Shown piece after piece: positions 1 through 8,646 of a stretch of 30,080 bases of DNA. The translations under genes were made by a program, and so were the position numbers. Below the pieces are notes generated by a model, which did no database searches, had not been told where the DNA came from, and saw nothing but the letters and a program-made list of their open reading frames with translations. Source of the DNA: Occultella glacieicola (GTDB taxonomy: Bacteria; Actinomycetota; Actinomycetes; Actinomycetales; Beutenbergiaceae); NCBI RefSeq assembly GCF_004353825.1, contig NZ_SMNA01000013.1, positions 124,001 through 154,080 on the forward strand, in the 5' to 3' direction. The stretch's first letter is position 1. The number at the start of each line of letters is the position of its first letter.

Positions 1-2
1 CC

Positions 3-266
3 CGGGTCACCGGCGCGCGGGGCCTGGCGCAGGGGGCCGCCGATCTGGCCGCCATCGCCGGTGCGGAGGCAGCAGTCGGCCGTACCGGCGACCCGTGTGC
101 GGCCGCGGCCACGGTGGCGCGACGCCATGGCGTGACGCTCGACTCCTGCGGCGTGTCGGCGGGTGGCCTGGTGACCGTCGAGGTCGGGGTCGCGGTCACG
201 CCGCTGCCCGGATGGTCGACCAGGGCCACGGCCCAGGCCCGGGCCGGACCGGTCGGGCTCGGCTGA
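3..266 (+). CDS. Rv3654c-family TadE-like (Flp/Tad pilus-associated) protein, 5'-truncated by the window edge
   Basis: Frame 3 is open from base 3 to TGA at 264-266 and reads ...ARGLAQGAADLAAIAGA...DPCAAAATVARRHGVTLDSC...VTVEV...ATAQARAGP. This matches the family pattern (AADLAA, C..A..VA, C-terminal ARAGP). Absent from the ORF track because its start is outside the window. Confidence 0.85.
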   Translation, partial: RVTGARGLAQGAADLAAIAGAEAAVGRTGDPCAAAATVARRHGVTLDSCGVSAGGLVTVEVGVAVTPLPGWSTRATAQARAGPVGLG

Positions 267-307
267 GACCGGTCGCCGGCGCGTGAGCCCGCGGCGCACA
301 AATCGCC

Positions 308-336
308 TTGATCCCGGCTGGGTTCCGGGGCAGGGT
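308..336 (+). promoter_or_regulatory. Putative housekeeping-sigma promoter of the methyltransferase (probably leaderless)
   Basis: TTGATC (308-313), 17 nt, CAGGGT (331-336), 8 nt, ATG at 345; no Shine-Dalgarno. Confidence 0.4.
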
Positions 337-344
337 CGCCTGCG

Positions 345-1292
345 ATGACCTCGACACCGAACCACGCCGACGCTCCAGGGACGCCCGACCCGGACGGCGT
401 CCCCGCCACCGGCGACACCGCCACGTACCCAACCGACATCGGGTCGGCCACCTCGTCGGCGAGCGGTAAGCCCGTGGACCTGGCTGGCGTCAGCGACGAT
501 GCCGCCTCCCCGGCCGACCGTTCGACCGCGGGGCAGGCAGACGGCTCCGCTCCGCCACCGGCGGGCTCGGGGACCCGGCTGACCTTCAACGCCCCGCTCT
601 CGGCCGAGCGAGCCCTCCGGCTGGCGACCGACCTCGCCGCGACGAACCCGTCGCTGGTGGTGGACCTCGGCTGCGGGTGGGCCGAGCTTCTGCTGATGAC
701 GCTGGCCGGAGCGCGGGAGGCGCACGGGGTCGGCGTCGACACCCACGTCCCGGACCTCGCACGCGCACGGGCCACGGCTGCCGCGCGGGGACTCGCCGGC
801 CGCGTCGACCTGGTCGACGGGGCGGCGGCGGATCACACCGAGGTGGCCGACGTCGTGTTGAACATCGGCGCGTTCCACGCCTTCGGCTCGATCCCCGAGG
901 CCCTGACGGCACTGCGCGCGCGGGTGCGCGACGGCGGGCGGCTGCTGTTCGGGGTCGAGTACTGGGAGCACCCGCCCACTTCGACCGAGCTCGCGAACCT
1001 CTGGGAGGGCACCACCGTCGACGACTGCCCCTCGCTCGCGGACCTGGTCGATCAGGCCGTCGCCGCCGGGTTCCGCCCGATCCGCACCGAGACCGTCACC
1101 CGGGGCGAGTGGGAGGAGTACGAGTCCGGGCACATGGCCGACCGGGAGCTCTGGCTCGCGGCCAATCCGGACCACCCCGACGCCGAGGCGGTCCGCCACT
1201 CCCTGGACGAACAGCGCTCGATCTGGCTCCGCGGCCACCGGGACGTCCTGGGCTTCGCGTACCTGACGCTCGTGGCCGTGCGGGTACCGTAG
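345..1292 (+). CDS. Class I SAM-dependent methyltransferase
   Basis: Motif I VVDLGCGWAE, motif II GVGVD, later DVVLNIGA and VRDGGRLLF; about 75 aa of low-complexity N-terminus, so the start is uncertain. Confidence 0.85.
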   Translation: MTSTPNHADAPGTPDPDGVPATGDTATYPTDIGSATSSASGKPVDLAGVSDDAASPADRSTAGQADGSAPPPAGSGTRLTFNAPLSAERALRLATDLAATNPSLVVDLGCGWAELLLMTLAGAREAHGVGVDTHVPDLARARATAAARGLAGRVDLVDGAAADHTEVADVVLNIGAFHAFGSIPEALTALRARVRDGGRLLFGVEYWEHPPTSTELANLWEGTTVDDCPSLADLVDQAVAAGFRPIRTETVTRGEWEEYESGHMADRELWLAANPDHPDAEAVRHSLDEQRSIWLRGHRDVLGFAYLTLVAVRVP

Positions 1293-1477
1293 CCGGCGGG
1301 TGACCGAGGCCGCGCTGGCGAACCACGCGTAGGAGTCCGAACCGCAGCGCTCGCCGCGCCTGCACGAGTCGAGCGGTCCGCGCCGCCGGCCACGCGCCGG
1401 ACCGAACCGGACCGCCCCACCGCCGACGAGCGTCCCCGCACCGCCCGGGCCACGAGCCGGACGACCTACCGCGCGGG

Positions 1478-1873
1478 TCAGTCGTCCGCCGCGAACTCGC
1501 CGGTGAACGGGATCGGCTCGATGACGTCGACCAGGACACCGCCGGGCGCGACGACGATGAAGTGCCGCTGCCCGAAGTCCTCCGAACGGAGTTCGAGCGC
1601 GACCCGGACGTCACCACCTGCCGTGAGCCGGGCGTAGGCGTCGTCGACTTGATCCACTTCGATGTTCAGCAGAACCCCGGTGGCGGCGGTGCCGAACCCG
1701 TGGGGAATCGTCGGGTGGTCTGCGGCGACGAACGCCAGTTCCCAGGTGCCCTGGCGCAGCGAGACGTACCAGTCGGCCTCGAACACGGTCTCGAATCCGA
1801 ACCGCTCCGTGAAGAACCTGGCGCTGGCGGCCACGTCCGTGCTCATCAGGACCGGGTAGCTGCTGGTGATCAT
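1478..1873 (-). CDS. VOC (glyoxalase/bleomycin-resistance) family protein
   Basis: YPVLMSTDVAASARFFTERFGF, LNIEVDQVD and EDFGQRHFIVVAPGGVLVDVIE; GGAGG upstream of the ATG. Confidence 0.9.
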   Translation of the reverse strand: MITSSYPVLMSTDVAASARFFTERFGFETVFEADWYVSLRQGTWELAFVAADHPTIPHGFGTAATGVLLNIEVDQVDDAYARLTAGGDVRVALELRSEDFGQRHFIVVAPGGVLVDVIEPIPFTGEFAADD

Positions 1874-1884
1874 GATGCCTCCAG

Positions 1885-1940
1885 TATAGATACAGACTGT
1901 ATGTATAGAGTGAGGCTAGGATACGTACAGATTGTTTGTA
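1885..1940. promoter_or_regulatory. Two copies of a palindromic operator, probably for the adjacent TetR
   Basis: TATAGATACAG-A-CTGTATGTATA (1885-1907; 10 of 11 arm positions pair) and TACGTACAGATTGTTTGTA (1922-1940; 15/19 identical to 1887-1905), in the AT-rich gap between divergent genes. Confidence 0.75.
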
Positions 1941-1952
1941 AAGGGGTTGCTG

Positions 1953-2510
1953 ATGGCGAGAGCGAGCAAGGCTCAGAGCGAGGCGACCGAGCGGCGCCTG
2001 CGCGAGGTGGCGCGCGAACTGTTCGCCGAACACGGCTATGCGGCCGTCGGGCTGGAACGCGTCGCGGAGGCAGCCGGGGTGACCCGCGGCGCGGTCTACC
2101 ACCACTTCGGCGACAAACTGGGACTCTTCGCCGCCGTGCTCGCCGATGCCCACGCCGGCATCGGTGCCGCGGTTGCCGACGCCGCTCCGGGACGGGGCTG
2201 GCAGGCCATCAAGGACGGGAGCGCGGCGTTCCTGCGGGCCGCCGTGGATCCGGGCATCCGCCGGATCGTGCTCGTGGACGGGCCCGCCGTCATCGGCTGG
2301 GAGTCCTGGCGACGGATGGACGCCGACCACTCCGCGCACCTGCTGGCCGAAGGGCTCGCCGAGCTGGACGACCTGGCCGTGGACCCCGGCGCCGCGGGTG
2401 CACTGCTCGGCGGCGCGATGAACGAGGCGGCCATCTGGATCGCCGACGGTGGCGACCCGATCCTCGCCGAGGCGGCCCTGAACCGGATGATCGACGCGCT
2501 CCGCCGCTGA
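1953..2510 (+). CDS. TetR/AcrR family transcriptional regulator
   Basis: HTH ARELFAEHGYAAVGLERVAEAAGVTRGAVYHHFGDK; ATG at 1953 preceded by AAGGGG (the ORF-track start at 1932 lies inside the operator). Confidence 0.92.
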   Translation: MARASKAQSEATERRLREVARELFAEHGYAAVGLERVAEAAGVTRGAVYHHFGDKLGLFAAVLADAHAGIGAAVADAAPGRGWQAIKDGSAAFLRAAVDPGIRRIVLVDGPAVIGWESWRRMDADHSAHLLAEGLAELDDLAVDPGAAGALLGGAMNEAAIWIADGGDPILAEAALNRMIDALRR

Positions 2511-2533
2511 GCACGGACCCCAACACCCGATCA

Positions 2534-2590
2534 CGGTGCCGGCCCGTTCGGACCCCGGCTACGCGCGTGGTCCGACGCGGATCGGCACCG
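2534..2590 (+). terminator. Imperfect GC-rich hairpin downstream of the TetR gene
   Basis: CGGTGCCG (2534-2541) pairs with CGGCACCG (2583-2590), and nested TCGGACC (2548-2554) pairs with GGTCCGA (2569-2575); no U-tract. Confidence 0.35.
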
Positions 2591-2619
2591 CTGTCGGACG
2601 GTCCTGAGACACTGATCGC

Positions 2620-5091
2620 ATGACCGATCGGGACACGCTGGAAGTGCTCCTGACCGGTCGCCGTGAACGGGACAGTCTCCGACACGTCGAACGGATCCCG
2701 GCCCGTGCCGGGCGCACCGCCGCGTGGCCGCAGTGGGCGGACCCGGACCTGGTGGCCGCCTACCGTGCCCGCGGCGTCGCCGAGCCCTGGGTGCACCAGG
2801 TGGAGGCCGCCGAGGCCGCCTGGGCCGGTGACCACGTGGTGCTCGCGACGTCCACGGGGTCCGGCAAGTCGCTGGCCGGCTGGCTCCCGGCGATCACGGC
2901 GATCCGCGCCCAGACCCCCGGCACCAGGATCTCCACGATCACCCGCCGCCCCAGCGTGCTCTACCTCAGCCCCACCAAGGCGCTGGCGGCCGACCAGCTG
3001 CACGGGCTGACCGAGCTGCTCCGCGCCGGCGGGATCCGGGACGTCCGCGCCGTCACCTGTGACGGCGACACCCCGCTGAACGAGCGCGACTGGGCCCGTG
3101 ACTACGCCGACATCGTCCTGACCAACCCGGACTTCCTGCACTTCTCCATGCTCAGTGGCCACAAGCGCTGGCAGCGTCTGCTGCGGGGGCTGCGGTACAT
3201 CGTCGTGGACGAGTGTCATGCCTACCGGGGGGTGCTCGGCGCGCACGTCTCGCTGGTGCTGCGCCGGCTGCTGCGCCTCGCCGAACACTACGGGGCGAGC
3301 CCGACGGCGATCCTGGCGTCGGCCACCACGGGGGAGCCGGAGACGACGGCGGCCCGCCTGCTCGGCGTGGACGTCGCCTCCGTGCACGCCGTCACCGAGG
3401 ACGCCTCCCCGGCCGGCCGGCGCACCATCGCGCTCTGGATGCCGCCGCTGCTCACCGACACCACGGACGTCGGCGAGGACGACTTCGTCGACCAGGACCC
3501 CCCACCGGGGGTGCCGACCGGCGCCCCCGAGGACGGCCCGCGGCGCTCGGCCCTGTCGGAGACCGCGGACCTGCTCACCGACCTGGTCCGGACCCGACGC
3601 CGCACCCTGGCGTTCGTGCGCTCGCGGATCGGTGCCGAGGTGATCGCGGACCACACCCGGGACCGGCTCGGCCGGCGGTGGCGGCCGCCCGGTTCAGATT
3701 CGGGCCCCGACGGCGGTGCGAGCGGTACGACCCCAGCGGACGGTACGAACCCGGAGGACCTGGCCGACCGGGTCGCCGCCTACCGTGGTGGCTACCTGCC
3801 CGAGGAGCGCCGCGAGCTCGAGGCCGCACTGCGCACCGGTGACCTGCTCGCGCTCGCCTCCACGAACGCCCTCGAACTCGGGGTGGACATCTCCGGCCTG
3901 GACGCGGTCCTGATCGCTGGCTGGCCGGGCACCCGGGTGTCGCTGTGGCAGCAGGTCGGCCGGGCCGGCCGGGCCGGGGCCGAGGGGCTGGCCGTGCTCA
4001 TCGCCAGTGACGACCCGCTCGACTCCTACCTGGTCCATCACCCGGAGGCGATCTTCGGGGTCGGCGTCGAGGCGACGGCGTTCGACCCGACCAATCCCTA
4101 TGTGCTCGCGCCGCATCTGTGCGCGGCGGCCGCCGAGCTCCCGCTGACCGAAGGCGACCTGGCCCGGTTCGGTCTCGCCGACGCCGCGCTGCCAGACGAG
4201 CTCGTCGCTCGCGGGCTGCTCCGCAAGCGGCCCGGGGGCTGGTACTGGAACTACGCCAGGCCCGAGCATCCCGCCGGGCTGACCGATCTGCGCGGTGGCA
4301 GCGACGCCCAGGTCCAGGTGGTCGAGGAGGGCACCGGCCGGGTGCTCGGCACCGTCGACGGCGACCGCGCCGACGCCACCGTGCACGAGGGGGCCGTGTA
4401 CACACACCAGGGCCGCACCTACCGGGTCGAGCACTACGGTGACGACGTCGCTCTGGTCACCGCCCAGCGGCTCGGCTACCGCACCCGGGCCCGCTCGGAC
4501 ACCCACGTCCGGATCGTCGGCACGGACGCGGAGCAGCGGTGGGGACCGTTCCGGTGGAACTACGGCCACCTCGAGGTGACCGCCCGCGTGAACGGCTACG
4601 ACCGGCGCCGGCTCCCCGGTATGGAGATCATCGCGTCCTACCCGCTGGACCTGCCCGAGCGCACCCTGCACACCACCGGCACCTGGTGGCACGTGGACGC
4701 CTCGGTGCTCGCCGAGTCGGGCGTCGGCCCCGGCGACCTGCCCGGGGCACTGCACGCCGCCGAGCACGCCGCGATCGGTCTGCTCCCGCTCATCGCCACC
4801 TGCGACCGGTGGGACGTCGGCGGGCTCTCGACGGCGGTCCACGCCGACACGTTCGAGCCCACCGTGTTCGTCTACGACGGGTTCCCCGGCGGAGCCGGGT
4901 TCGCTCAGCGCGGCTTCACGGCGGCCCGCACCTGGATCGCGGCCACCCGGGACGCCGTCGCGTCGTGCCCCTGCGCGACCGGATGCCCGAGTTGCGTGCA
5001 GTCGCCCAAGTGCGGGAACAACAACAATCCCCTCGACAAGGCCGGGGCCCTCATCGTCCTCGGACTGCTCCTCGAGCACGCGCCGGGTTGA
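2620..5091 (+). CDS. DEAD/DEAH-box (DECH) helicase with C-terminal DUF1998-type Cys cluster (SftH/MrfA/Hrq1-like)
   Basis: Motif I TSTGSGKS, Ia [46 protein letters not shown]-terminal [10 protein letters not shown] and [16 protein letters not shown]. Confidence 0.93.
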   Translation: MTDRDTLEVLLTGRRERDSLRHVERIPARAGRTAAWPQWADPDLVAAYRARGVAEPWVHQVEAAEAAWAGDHVVLATSTGSGKSLAGWLPAITAIRAQTPGTRISTITRRPSVLYLSPTKALAADQLHGLTELLRAGGIRDVRAVTCDGDTPLNERDWARDYADIVLTNPDFLHFSMLSGHKRWQRLLRGLRYIVVDECHAYRGVLGAHVSLVLRRLLRLAEHYGASPTAILASATTGEPETTAARLLGVDVASVHAVTEDASPAGRRTIALWMPPLLTDTTDVGEDDFVDQDPPPGVPTGAPEDGPRRSALSETADLLTDLVRTRRRTLAFVRSRIGAEVIADHTRDRLGRRWRPPGSDSGPDGGASGTTPADGTNPEDLADRVAAYRGGYLPEERRELEAALRTGDLLALASTNALELGVDISGLDAVLIAGWPGTRVSLWQQVGRAGRAGAEGLAVLIASDDPLDSYLVHHPEAIFGVGVEATAFDPTNPYVLAPHLCAAAAELPLTEGDLARFGLADAALPDELVARGLLRKRPGGWYWNYARPEHPAGLTDLRGGSDAQVQVVEEGTGRVLGTVDGDRADATVHEGAVYTHQGRTYRVEHYGDDVALVTAQRLGYRTRARSDTHVRIVGTDAEQRWGPFRWNYGHLEVTARVNGYDRRRLPGMEIIASYPLDLPERTLHTTGTWWHVDASVLAESGVGPGDLPGALHAAEHAAIGLLPLIATCDRWDVGGLSTAVHADTFEPTVFVYDGFPGGAGFAQRGFTAARTWIAATRDAVASCPCATGCPSCVQSPKCGNNNNPLDKAGALIVLGLLLEHAPG

Positions 5092-5129
5092 TCTGGTCCG
5101 GCGCCCTCGCGGATGGCTACCGTGGGCGG

Positions 5130-5987
5130 GTGACCACCACGCGGACCCGCCGGCTCTCGCACACCCAGCAGCGCATCATCGACGAACTCGGCGTGCCCGC
5201 CGACTTCGATGCCGTGACCGAGACCGAGCGGCGGGTCGAGTTCCTCGCCGAGTACCTGCGCCGCACCGGTGCCGCCGGCTACGTCCTCGGGATCAGCGGC
5301 GGGGTGGACTCCACGACCGGCGGTCGCCTCGCGCAGTTGGCCGTCGAGCGGCTCCGGGGCGAGGGCCGCGAGGCCGCGTTCGTCGCGGTCCGGCTGCCCT
5401 ACCAGGTGCAGGCGGACGAGGCGGACGCTCAGGTGGCGATCGCCTTCGTCGGGGCGGACGAGGTACTCACGGTGAACATCGCCGAACCCACCGACACCAT
5501 GGTCGCCGCGGTCCGTGCCGGCGGCGTCACCGCCCCCAGCGACGCCGCGGCCGACTTCGTCAAGGGCAACGTCAAGGCACGTCAGCGGATGATCGCCCAG
5601 TACACGGTCGCGGGCGCCCGGAACCTGCTCGTCATCGGCACCGACCACGCCGCCGAGGCCGTCACCGGCTTCTACACCAAGTACGGCGACGGTGCCTGCG
5701 ACCTGACCCCCCTCGCCGGGCTCACGAAGCGACGGGTCCGGGCGATCGCCGCGCACCTGGGTGCCCCGGCGACCCTGGTCGCCAAGATCCCGACGGCGGA
5801 CCTCGAGGACGGCAAGCCGGGCAACCCGGACGAGGTTGCCCTCGGCGTCACCTACGAGGCGATCGACACCTACCTCGAGGGCGGCGAGGTCGCCGACGTC
5901 GACCGCGAGACGATCGAGGGTGCGTTCGCACGGACCGCCCACAAGCGGGCGATGCCGGTCACCCCGGACGACCTCGACCGCGGCTGA
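5130..5987 (+). CDS. nadE: NH3-dependent NAD+ synthetase
   Basis: PP-loop [45 protein letters not shown]; no glutaminase domain. GTG start at 5130 is 6 nt after a TACCGT -10-like hexamer. Confidence 0.95.
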   Translation: MTTTRTRRLSHTQQRIIDELGVPADFDAVTETERRVEFLAEYLRRTGAAGYVLGISGGVDSTTGGRLAQLAVERLRGEGREAAFVAVRLPYQVQADEADAQVAIAFVGADEVLTVNIAEPTDTMVAAVRAGGVTAPSDAAADFVKGNVKARQRMIAQYTVAGARNLLVIGTDHAAEAVTGFYTKYGDGACDLTPLAGLTKRRVRAIAAHLGAPATLVAKIPTADLEDGKPGNPDEVALGVTYEAIDTYLEGGEVADVDRETIEGAFARTAHKRAMPVTPDDLDRG

Positions 5988-6075
5988 GACGCCGCTGGGA
6001 TCGGGGGCCGTCCGGGTCGACCAGATCGGCCGGCCGGCTCACGGTCCCGAATCCTCGCGGTCCCGACGCCTCCAC

Positions 6076-6885
6076 TCAGCCGCGGTCGAAGAGACCGTCG
6101 ACGTTCGGCAGTTCCTGGAACCCTGTGAACGTCCCGTTCTCGGCGATCTCCCGGGCGACGCCGAGGAACGCGCCCCAGGCGGCGCGGGCGAGGGTGCCGC
6201 CGATGCTGATCCGCCGCACGCCCAGCGAGGCCGCCTGTTCGACGGTGATGAACGGGGCGTTGATCAACAGGTTCACCGGCTTCGGAGCCGCGGCGGCGAC
6301 GACCGCCTCGATGTCCGCGACCGAGCTGATCCGGGGGGCGTACAGACAGTCGGCACCCGCCTCGGCGTAGGCGCGCAGGCGGCGCACGGTCTCGGCGATG
6401 TCCGGTCGCCCGACCACGAAGCCCTCCGACCGCGCCGTCAGCAGCACCCCGGAGCCGCTCGCGTCGATCGCCCCCCGGGCCGCGCGGACCCGTTCGACCG
6501 ACAACTCGAACGGCAGCAGTGGCTCGTCCGGGTCGTGGGAGGAGTCCTCGATGGACAGGCCGGCGACACCGGTCTCGACGGCGCGGCCGACGTTCGCGGC
6601 GACCTGCGCGGGATCGACGGCGTACCCGCCCTCGAAGTCGGCGTTCACCGGGAGTTCGACCGCCTCGACGATCTCACGCAGGTGATCGAGCACTCGGTCG
6701 AGTCCGACCTTGGTGTCCGCCCGACCGCGGGTCCACGCGAACCCCGAACTCGTGGTCGCCAACGCCGGGAAGCCGAACCCTTCCAGCGCCCGCGCGGTCC
6801 CGGGATCCCACGGGTTGGGCATCACGAAGCAGCCGCCGGAGTGCAGGCGGTGGAACACGGCGATGCGATCGGCCCGGATACCCAT
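6076..6885 (-). CDS. Isocitrate lyase / PEP mutase family protein
   Basis: MPNPWDPGTAR, ALATTSSG, PVNADFEGGY, GLSIED, LTARSE, AYAEAGADCLY; ATG at 6885 preceded by GAGGTG. Confidence 0.9.
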   Translation of the reverse strand: MGIRADRIAVFHRLHSGGCFVMPNPWDPGTARALEGFGFPALATTSSGFAWTRGRADTKVGLDRVLDHLREIVEAVELPVNADFEGGYAVDPAQVAANVGRAVETGVAGLSIEDSSHDPDEPLLPFELSVERVRAARGAIDASGSGVLLTARSEGFVVGRPDIAETVRRLRAYAEAGADCLYAPRISSVADIEAVVAAAAPKPVNLLINAPFITVEQAASLGVRRISIGGTLARAAWGAFLGVAREIAENGTFTGFQELPNVDGLFDRG

Positions 6886-6969
6886 GGCGACACCTCGAGT
6901 GCGAATCGGCTTGGGCCGGGATTCTACTCCGCGGGGCGGGTGCGCGCGGGCTTCGTCAGCCACCTCGGG

Positions 6970-8646
6970 TCAGCCCACGTCGACTCCGACCAGGGCCACC
7001 GCACCCCCGACGACGTCGATCCGCAGACTGGTGGGGCCGGGAGCGGCGGGCGCCGACCCCCGCCACGAGGTCCCGGTCCAGCCGCCGGGCACCGGGGCGT
7101 CGCCGAGCCGAACGGCCACGATGCCCGACGGCGTGGGGCACTCGGTCCGGAGGGTCACCGTGATCGTCGGTGCGTGCACGTCGGGGCCGCCGACGTGCAG
7201 GTCGTAGGCAACGTGCTGACCCGTGACCAGGTGCACGGTGAAGATGCCCGCCCGGGCGCGTTCACCGGGGTCCGCGGCGAACGGGTTCACGCCGGGCTCG
7301 CCGCCTGAGTACCGGACCGTCACCGACGCGCCCGCCCACGGTTCGCCCGTCGTCCCGGCGGATGTCTCGGCGCCGGTGAACGCGTAGGCGGGCAGCGCGA
7401 GCGGGGCACGGTGCAGCAGGGCCGCGATCACCTCGCCGTGCCAGGTGCAGTTCGCCAGCCGCACGGCCTCGACCAGAGCGAGCAGCGTTGCCCAGGCGGC
7501 CTCGCCGTCGGGCCGGCTCCCGGTGCCGTCCACGTACGCGAGGACCGCGTCCCACCCGGGCGGCGGCACCACCACGGCGGGGGAGTGCGGGTTGTCGACC
7601 TTCTTCCAGGTCCAGAAGTTCCAGCCGATGCCCTCGGCCGTGTAGAGCCCGAACGCGGCGGCGAGCCAGTCGGTGCCGTTCTCACCACCCTCGCCCATGT
7701 AGATCGGCAGGCCGAGGCGGTCCCGGACCTCGAGGTAGCGGGCGATCCCGGCCCGGTCCGGCGTGGCCCAGTACCGGTGGAACTGGATCGCGGAGTTCGC
7801 GTCCCAGACCTCCGTGAAGATGGCCACGTCGCTGGCCCAGTGCGTGCCCTCGTACATGATCAGGTGGTCGGGGTCGATCGCGCGGATCGTCGCGGTGAGG
7901 TCGCGGTACAGGGCGACCAGGTCGGCGGCGTGGTCGACCGCATGCTCGTTCGGCAGCGGTTCGTTGAGCAGGTCATAGGCGGCGACGACCGGTTCGCCCG
8001 CGTACCGGCGGGCCAGCTCGGCCCACAGCGACACGGTCAGGGCGCGGTAGGCCGGGTCGGTGAACAGCTCCGGCCGCCCGCGCGGCGAGTCGTCGATGTT
8101 CGTGCCGGTCTGCCCGCCGGGCGCACCGTGCAGGTCCAGGACCACGTGCAGGCCGTGGCTGCGGCACCAGTCGATGCAGTCGTCCAGGAGGGCGAACCCG
8201 CCGGCGAGGAACCCGCCGGTCTCGTCCATCACCACCCGGGAGTTGATCGGCAGGCGCACATGGTCGAAGCCCTGCGCGGCGATCTCGGCCACGTCGGCCT
8301 CGGTGAAGAACGTTGCCCGCCACCGGCTCCAGAAGTCGGCGGCCCGGTCCGCGCCGACGAGGTCGGCGAACAGGGTCTCGATCTCCCGTGGCGACTGCGC
8401 GGGCACGCCGGTGCCAGGTGACCCACCGGGCCGGAAACCCCACATGTAGCCCTCGGGCAGCAGCCAGGTACCGATCCCGACCCCGCGCTCGAGCGCGGGG
8501 GCGCCGGTGGCGTCCACGATCCTGGTGCCCGCCCGGCGCACGAACCCGCGCGTCGGCGCGGCCGGACGGGTGTCGGTGACCGGGCTCAGGGGCGTCCGGG
8601 TGGCGGGCGCCGCAGGGGCCGCCGTGCCGGGGGCGGTGGACGTCAT
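6970..8646 (-). CDS. Glycoside hydrolase family 5 protein with a C-terminal accessory domain
   Basis: FDHVRLP, VLDLHGAPGGQ, acid/base YDLLNEP, FHRY, nucleophile YMGEGG; ATG at 8646 overlaps the GH3 stop (ATGA); no evident signal peptide. Confidence 0.9.
   Translation of the reverse strand: MTSTAPGTAAPAAPATRTPLSPVTDTRPAAPTRGFVRRAGTRIVDATGAPALERGVGIGTWLLPEGYMWGFRPGGSPGTGVPAQSPREIETLFADLVGADRAADFWSRWRATFFTEADVAEIAAQGFDHVRLPINSRVVMDETGGFLAGGFALLDDCIDWCRSHGLHVVLDLHGAPGGQTGTNIDDSPRGRPELFTDPAYRALTVSLWAELARRYAGEPVVAAYDLLNEPLPNEHAVDHAADLVALYRDLTATIRAIDPDHLIMYEGTHWASDVAIFTEVWDANSAIQFHRYWATPDRAGIARYLEVRDRLGLPIYMGEGGENGTDWLAAAFGLYTAEGIGWNFWTWKKVDNPHSPAVVVPPPGWDAVLAYVDGTGSRPDGEAAWATLLALVEAVRLANCTWHGEVIAALLHRAPLALPAYAFTGAETSAGTTGEPWAGASVTVRYSGGEPGVNPFAADPGERARAGIFTVHLVTGQHVAYDLHVGGPDVHAPTITVTLRTECPTPSGIVAVRLGDAPVPGGWTGTSWRGSAPAAPGPTSLRIDVVGGAVALVGVDVG

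Noticed and set aside
1293..1477. 185-bp gap between convergent genes as a possible sRNA or repeat element
   Set aside because: Only short GC-rich echoes (CCGAACCG, CCGGAC); no convincing stem, promoter or second copy in the window.
2620..5091. Helicase as part of an anti-phage system (DISARM DrmB/Druantia-like DUF1998)
   Set aside because: No partner defence genes nearby; the DECH motif and Tad-cluster context fit the ordinary actinobacterial SftH-like helicase.
4539..5129. Apparent 197-aa N-terminal extension of NadE overlapping the helicase (ORF 4539..5987)
   Set aside because: Arg/Pro-rich off-frame read-through typical of high-GC DNA; NadE similarity begins only after GTG 5130, which has its own -10-like element.
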